64,000 bases of DNA from Candidatus Obscuribacteraceae bacterium (GTDB lineage Bacteria > Cyanobacteriota > Vampirovibrionia > Obscuribacterales > Obscuribacteraceae): assembly GCA_044226015.1 (NCBI GenBank), contig JBGAHS010000004.1, positions 192,001 through 256,000 on the forward strand, written 5' to 3'. Numbering within the stretch: the stretch's first letter is position 1; every line of letters starts with the position of its first letter. This document shows positions 58,758-64,000 of this stretch, piece by piece. Position numbers and translations under genes: made by a program. The notes under the pieces were generated by a model. The model was not told the origin of the DNA, did not search any database, and saw only the letters and a program-made list of their open reading frames with translations.

Positions 58758-59546
58758 ATGCTAGCTAAGAAGATTCTTCCAGCTGTTCTGGTTTTCGCAG
58801 TTTCGCTTCCGAGCTGTTTTGGTGCTGGAACTGATTCGCGAGTGCCGCGTATGGCGCCAATCAACGGACTGGCTCCAACTATGCGTCCAATGGAAATGAA
58901 GAATCTGCCAGACTTCGCCAGCCATGCAAATGATCAGCCAACGCAGGACAATGGGCAAGGAACAGCACTGAGGGCTGGTGTTCAGTCAGCAACGCTTCCC
59001 ACTCAAACACACATGAAGTTGATTGTGGAGTATGCCGTTTCAGCGACCACAAGCCAGCCAGGCGATATTTTTGAAGGACACGTCAAAGAAGATATCTTTT
59101 TTGGCAGAACGCTGATTTTGCCTAGAGGCAGCTTGGTGCGCGGGCGAGTTGCTGAAGTGTCGAAACCTAGACTTCTTTCCAGGGCTGGAAAAATCGGCTT
59201 AAAGCTTGACCAGATTGATACGCCTACTGGTGAAGTGATACCGCTTGATGCAATGCTGGAGTTCCAAAAAGGCACCACCAATAAATCAGGTCAATTAGAC
59301 CCCGGCACCAATCTTGGTACCAGAGTAAATGCCAGCATCAGAACTGTGTCAGGAATGAACGAAACTGGTGCGGCTCGCGGTGCGCTCGTCGCAGCTAACG
59401 TTGCCACTCTTGGTGCACCAATAATCGCAACGGCTATAGGTAGTTCAGCAATTGGACTTTTCCGCTCTGGCGATAACATTAGCCTTCAACCCGGGCAAGA
59501 GCTGGAGATTCTGCTCACCAACGAACTCGGCGTTCAGGTGAACTAA
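58758..59546 (+). CDS. Exported beta-rich hypothetical protein (TrbI/VirB10-like beta pattern)
   Basis: Signal peptide; PGDIFEG...LPRGSLVRGRV...G.IGLKLDQI...LQPGQELEI. Confidence 0.65.
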   Translation: MLAKKILPAVLVFAVSLPSCFGAGTDSRVPRMAPINGLAPTMRPMEMKNLPDFASHANDQPTQDNGQGTALRAGVQSATLPTQTHMKLIVEYAVSATTSQPGDIFEGHVKEDIFFGRTLILPRGSLVRGRVAEVSKPRLLSRAGKIGLKLDQIDTPTGEVIPLDAMLEFQKGTTNKSGQLDPGTNLGTRVNASIRTVSGMNETGAARGALVAANVATLGAPIIATAIGSSAIGLFRSGDNISLQPGQELEILLTNELGVQVN

Positions 59547-59733
59547 GTCTTTATCGGCGTGTGTTTCAAATTGACCGAGATCTTCTAAGGCGGGCTCACA
59601 TGATCCGCGTGCATCGCTGCTTGCCTCCATTGGATCCATACCCCTTTGAAGATGCCCTGTAGCAAATTGATTGGGAACTTACCGAATGATGGTGTTCAAA
59701 AATTGGTGCGTGCTCAAAAATGACGAGCCGCGC

Positions 59734-60735
59734 TTACATCGTGGCGCCTTTGCGCTTCTTCTCTGCAATCTGTTTTTGCACCGAATTGATGTTTGCTGTG
59801 AAGGTCTGGTTGCCTGGGGAAAGTTCCTTAGCTTTGCGGAATTCTTGCAGCGCTTCTTCCGGATAGTTCTTTTGCAAGAACAGCACGCCGATGTTATTGT
59901 GCACCATTGGATCTCTCGGCTTCATCCGCATGCACATCTTGTACTCTTTGAGCGCATCTTCGAGTTTGCCTTCTTCAAGTAGTACGTTCGCTAGATTGTA
60001 TCTAGCTTCATAAGAAGCCCAGTTGTGTTGAAGCACCGCGCGTAGTTGCTCTTCTGCTCCCACATAATGCTTATGCTTTCTATGCAGTGCAGCAAGATTG
60101 ATGCGGACTTCATCCATATCTTTGTACTTCAGAATGTCCTGATAACGGCGAGCTGCGTATTTGTCCATTCCGACTAACTGGTAAACCAGTGCTTTCTTGT
60201 ACGAAGCTTCGTAATATCGTGGGCTCAACTCTAATGCTTTATTGAAAGCATCAAGCGCGAGCTGAAACTTCTTCATGCTGATGTATCTGCATCCAGCATC
60301 GTAATACATTTTGGGGTCGACCGTTCCGCCTGGATGTGAATCATCATGAGACATGTAAGCTTGTTCCCGAGCTTCTCTGTCGTCTTTTTCGATATCATCT
60401 GATTTCTCTCGATTGGCATCATGGTCATCCAAGTCTTCTTTTGGAGCCTGAGCCTTGTACTTCGAGGGGGCCGCTTCTTTGCCGGAAGCGCCTGCTGATG
60501 GTTCCATCTGCGAACTCGCTGCCACCGCTTTCGATGCTCTTGCGTCCGCTGCGTCCTTCAGGTTTTGTTCGCCATTGTCGATCAGTTCAGCTGGTTTTGC
60601 TGCGTCAGCGGCTTCTGAAATCGATTCTGTGTTCGCCGGCGCCGAGCTTGCCGAATTTTCACTTTTCGACGCATTCGCGCAGATGCCTAACTCTAGTATC
60701 GCCAGTATGGCTAAGAGAGCTACTGTTCTGGACAT
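59734..60735 (-). CDS. Exported TPR protein
   Basis: Signal peptide, acidic linker, TPRs (YEARYNLAN, VHNNIG). Confidence 0.85.
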   Translation of the reverse strand: MSRTVALLAILAILELGICANASKSENSASSAPANTESISEAADAAKPAELIDNGEQNLKDAADARASKAVAASSQMEPSAGASGKEAAPSKYKAQAPKEDLDDHDANREKSDDIEKDDREAREQAYMSHDDSHPGGTVDPKMYYDAGCRYISMKKFQLALDAFNKALELSPRYYEASYKKALVYQLVGMDKYAARRYQDILKYKDMDEVRINLAALHRKHKHYVGAEEQLRAVLQHNWASYEARYNLANVLLEEGKLEDALKEYKMCMRMKPRDPMVHNNIGVLFLQKNYPEEALQEFRKAKELSPGNQTFTANINSVQKQIAEKKRKGATM

Positions 60736-60781
60736 GCGATATGTCTCCTTCCGGCAGTGTTTTTGGTGCTATCGGGCGACT

Positions 60782-60810
60782 TTGAGTCCGATCGCGGCTC
60801 TGTCTATAAT
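60782..60810 (+). promoter_or_regulatory. Sigma70-type promoter for the kinase pair
   Basis: TTGAGT-N17-TATAAT. Confidence 0.6.
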
Positions 60811-60867
60811 AGGGGAGTTTTCAACGGCTTGCCCGTCAAGAGTTCTAATCTAAATAGCGAAGTATAT

Positions 60868-61524
60868 ATGGCACTAACCCTGAAGCATAACTATCCTGGG
60901 AAACTCGTAGTCGTTGAGGGCGTGGATGGTTCGGGTAAATCAACTCAACTTAATCTTTTGCGCAACTGGTTGGAAGACAAAGGGCAGAAGGTGATTTTCA
61001 CTGAATGGAATTCTTCTAAGCTTATTTCTGAGACGATAAAAGAGGCAAAACGGAGCAACACGCTCATTCCCGTGACTTTTAGTCTTCTTCATGCGACAGA
61101 CTTTGCTGACCGAATGGAGAACGTGATTAAGCCCGCCCTTAAAGCCGGTTTAACTGTTCTGGCTGATCGCTATTGTTTCACCGCCTTTGCTCGTGATGTC
61201 GCCCGTGGTGTTGACCGAGACTGGGTTCGAAGTCTATATGGCTTTGCTATCAAGCCTGATGCAGCTTTTTACTTTCAGGTTCCTATCGAAGTTTCCCTGC
61301 AGCGAATTTCGGCAAGTCGTGCCCCGGGATTTTACGAAGCCGGCATGGACATAGGGCTTTCGAAGGATCCACACGCATCCTTTCAGATGTTCCAGAGTCG
61401 AGTCATCGCTGAGTATGACGGCATGGTGCAAGAATTCGGGTTGAATCTTATGCACGCCACTGAGTCAATTCACGACCAGCAAGTTGCTTTTCGCCAGAAG
61501 GTTTCGAAAATTTTCTTTCCATAA
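60868..61524 (+). CDS. Thymidylate-kinase-like P-loop kinase, copy A (candidate catalytic subunit of a heteromeric polyphosphate kinase)
   Basis: VVEGVDGSGKSTQ, TEWNSS, ADRYCFTAFARD. Confidence 0.85.
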   Translation: MALTLKHNYPGKLVVVEGVDGSGKSTQLNLLRNWLEDKGQKVIFTEWNSSKLISETIKEAKRSNTLIPVTFSLLHATDFADRMENVIKPALKAGLTVLADRYCFTAFARDVARGVDRDWVRSLYGFAIKPDAAFYFQVPIEVSLQRISASRAPGFYEAGMDIGLSKDPHASFQMFQSRVIAEYDGMVQEFGLNLMHATESIHDQQVAFRQKVSKIFFP

Positions 61525-61560
61525 AAGTGCTCTCGCTCGTTTTATCGCTTTTAGAATTAG

Positions 61561-62316
61561 TTGCCACCATATTCACTTGAGGAACTCCACGTGCCGGAAC
61601 CATACCCCGGAAAATTAGTTGTGATAGAAGGAACCGACGGCGTCGGACGCAGCACCCAGGTTGAGATGCTGAAGCGCTGGTTGGAAATCGAAGGTTATGG
61701 GGTTGTCGTTTCTGAATGGAAATCATCTCGATTGATTGCGAATGCTATCGACAAAGCAAAGTCCAACAACGCGCTGAATACTATTACGTTTTCACTTTTG
61801 TATGCCACTGATCTGGCCGAGCGTCTGAATCGCGAAATTATTCCAGCTTTAAAAGCCGGTTTTATTGTCATCGCAGATCGTTATATTCATACAGCTTTCG
61901 CTCGTGATGTTGTTCGCGGAGCTGATGCAGCCTGGGTTCGTAAGGTATATGGCTTCGCCCCAGCGCCTGACCGTGTGTTCTATATGAAGATGCCCATCGA
62001 TGATTTGTTGAGGCGAATAATCAGCAACAAGGGTGGACTCGACTTTTATGAATCAGGTAGAGACATGGGAATGTCCTCTGACTTGTACCAATCATTCAAG
62101 TTGTATCAATCAAAAATCGTGCACGAATACGAGAAGATGATTGACGAGTTTCAGTTCAAAGTAATTGATGCTGGGCAGCATCAACAGCACGTGCAAAAGA
62201 TATTGCGAGCCAATTTGAAGTTGTTGCTTGGACATAATGAAGTTACGGTAGACCCACATGTGTATGTTCGCGACCACAATTCGTTGATGGATTTTCGCCC
62301 AACGAATCTGACATAG
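61561..62316 (+). CDS. Thymidylate-kinase-like protein, copy B with a variant P-loop
   Basis: IEGTDGVGRSTQ (Arg in place of Lys), ADRYIHTAFARD; paralogous to copy A. Confidence 0.85.
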   Translation: MPPYSLEELHVPEPYPGKLVVIEGTDGVGRSTQVEMLKRWLEIEGYGVVVSEWKSSRLIANAIDKAKSNNALNTITFSLLYATDLAERLNREIIPALKAGFIVIADRYIHTAFARDVVRGADAAWVRKVYGFAPAPDRVFYMKMPIDDLLRRIISNKGGLDFYESGRDMGMSSDLYQSFKLYQSKIVHEYEKMIDEFQFKVIDAGQHQQHVQKILRANLKLLLGHNEVTVDPHVYVRDHNSLMDFRPTNLT

Positions 62317-62409
62317 ACGAGGTCCCAGAAAGCAGGCTGGAAACCTGCGCCCCAGGTCAAAGCAGGGGCTGGAAGTCTCCACTCTCAGGGGGAGAGCAAG
62401 AATATAGCG

Positions 62410-63705
62410 TCAGCGCTTTCTGGTTCTAATACTCTTCAGTCTGTCTTCTAATTCGCTTACTTCAGTTTCGGCATTCTGTTTCTTACATAGCTCGAGATAT
62501 TCTTTGAGGACTTTGCCTAGAAGTGGGTGATTGGAGCCAAAGGCGTTCTCTCGGTATTTGATTGTCTCATCAAAAAGTTTCTTTGACTCTTCAAAGCGTC
62601 CTTGCTCTCGATATAACTTTGCGAGTTCAAACATGGTTTCGTGTGTCTGCGGAGATTTGTATTTTTGTCGAATTCGTAGTGATTCTGTCAAATCTTTTTC
62701 GGCGGCTTCAAGATTTCCTGTTGCGCAGAGCGCGTTTCCGCTATTGCAGAGAACTGCGCTCCAGATTCGATGATTCATTTTTGCAAGATTTATTTCTTCG
62801 CCGATTTTCTTTGCCTTTATGCAATTTTCGGCACCTTCTTGAGTGTTGCCTGCGCACAGGTGCGTATAGCCCAAGTTTGTGTACCCGGTTGCTGCCTCGC
62901 GACTCAATTCGCCAAAAGCCTCAAGCTTTATATCTAGCGATTTCTTGTAAAGCTCAAGAGCCGCTGCTTCTTCGCCGGCTTCTTCAAAGCAGCTTGCTGT
63001 GTTGTTTAGAATCATACCTAGCGAAATTGTGTCCTGCTTCTTAACGAATGGATTAGTCTCGTTGGCGAGAAGCCGTTCTTGCATTTTGATTGCTTTATTA
63101 CCAGCTTCCAAAGCTGCATCCATCTTTCCCATTTTTGAATGAGTTGCCGCTACATCAGCCAATGTGGCGGCTATCTGGCGAGGGTCAGCATCACTTGATT
63201 CCATTTCATGAATTGCTTCTTTCATAACTGATTCTGACTTGGAGTATTCTCCTTGAACTGATAAAGCCGTACCTAACAGTACCTTTGCTTTGGCTATGGA
63301 CAGGCGATAGCTAGGTTTGTATTTTTCAAGAAATCCTATTAACTCGTAGCTCTCCTTGACGGCATCCTGGGTTTCTTCAAGGAAGATTAGCGCGCTAATT
63401 TCGGTCTGCATGTAATTGTGCAGGCTTAAACTCAATGGGTTTGCAGGAATGAGATTCAAAATGCGAGCCATGAAAACGGCGTTCGATGCACAGAACGCCA
63501 TCAGCTTGTACCGCCGTTGCATACAAAAAATCATTGACGCCATATGAAGCCAACCTGGCATCAGCAAGAAGACTAATACGGCGTTTCCAATGACCCGTCC
63601 TTGCCAGTATGAATTGGGGAGGATGTTGAAAATCACGAGCGTGACAAAAACGAGTGTGCTGGCTTGTGCTCGCTTCGTTTGGTCTGATATCTCTTCGGAG
63701 TCCAA
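62410..63705 (-). CDS. Membrane-anchored TPR protein
   Basis: N-terminal TM helices, kinesin-light-chain-type TPRs (FGSNHPLL). Confidence 0.8.
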   Translation of the reverse strand: MDSEEISDQTKRAQASTLVFVTLVIFNILPNSYWQGRVIGNAVLVFLLMPGWLHMASMIFCMQRRYKLMAFCASNAVFMARILNLIPANPLSLSLHNYMQTEISALIFLEETQDAVKESYELIGFLEKYKPSYRLSIAKAKVLLGTALSVQGEYSKSESVMKEAIHEMESSDADPRQIAATLADVAATHSKMGKMDAALEAGNKAIKMQERLLANETNPFVKKQDTISLGMILNNTASCFEEAGEEAAALELYKKSLDIKLEAFGELSREAATGYTNLGYTHLCAGNTQEGAENCIKAKKIGEEINLAKMNHRIWSAVLCNSGNALCATGNLEAAEKDLTESLRIRQKYKSPQTHETMFELAKLYREQGRFEESKKLFDETIKYRENAFGSNHPLLGKVLKEYLELCKKQNAETEVSELEDRLKSIRTRKR

Positions 63706-63767
63706 TTTTGTGCCTCGGCCGCTGCCACGATTATGGCAGGTTTAGGCTTGCCTTGCATTGTGCAATC

Positions 63768-64000
63768 CTATCTCAGGCTGAGCGCAGGTTCCGGGCGAGA
63801 AACTGGAGCGAATTTTGACTTTAGTGTTTCATGCCACGAATTCCAGATTTCAATTGCCTGTTCAGAACTGAGATAAATAGAACTGCTTCGTTTTGAGTGT
63901 GAGCCTGCCAGCGACTGGGTGATTGAACCTTGTGAGTTTAGCGTCGGAATTAGCTCGGAGAAGTATTTGAATGCTTGTGAGCCAACTATCGTTAGCTTGG
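63768..64000 (-). CDS. Probable 3' end of a gene entering from the right edge
   Basis: Open frame 63998-63768 (...EQAIEIWNSWHETLKSKFAPVSRPEPALSLR*); no motif. Confidence 0.35.
   Translation of the reverse strand, partial: KLTIVGSQAFKYFSELIPTLNSQGSITQSLAGSHSKRSSSIYLSSEQAIEIWNSWHETLKSKFAPVSRPEPALSLR

Noticed and set aside
60868..62316. Assigning the gene symbol tmk
   Set aside because: The paired arrangement, variant P-loop and divergent motifs make dTMP kinase function uncertain
1..64000. tRNA, rRNA, riboswitches, IS elements, prophage
   Set aside because: None recognised by eye in the intergenic regions; a covariance-model search would be needed to exclude small RNAs

Overview
A 64-kb bacterial chromosomal segment of moderate GC with about 45 protein genes. 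I found no rRNA, tRNA, CRISPR array, transposase or phage genes. The mix of diderm genes (kdsB, AsmA-like), trmFO, cyanobacteria-like small genes (Tic20-like, stand-alone Flv-type flavin reductase, retropepsin pair), many TPR proteins, a TadG-like protein and a giant FHA-like protein, with no photosynthesis genes, suggests non-photosynthetic Cyanobacteriota (Vampirovibrionia/Obscuribacterales-like). That assignment is inference only. Housekeeping genes: glgB, sucCD, PPi-type pfk, ribD, miaB, trmFO, M13 peptidase, kdsB. Main leads: (1) a tandem pair of thymidylate-kinase-like genes, the second with a K-to-R P-loop, resembling a heteromeric family-3 polyphosphate kinase; (2) a TrmFO-hydrophobic helix-thermonuclease fusion in a probable operon with a catalytically dead retropepsin and a Ser/Thr kinase; (3) an accessory region at 0-15 kb with a recurring promoter architecture TTCAC-N6-TTCAC-N11-TAGnnT in front of several signal-peptide-less genes, and an unrecognised ~70-80 aa domain shared by a His-rich and a Pro-rich repeat protein.
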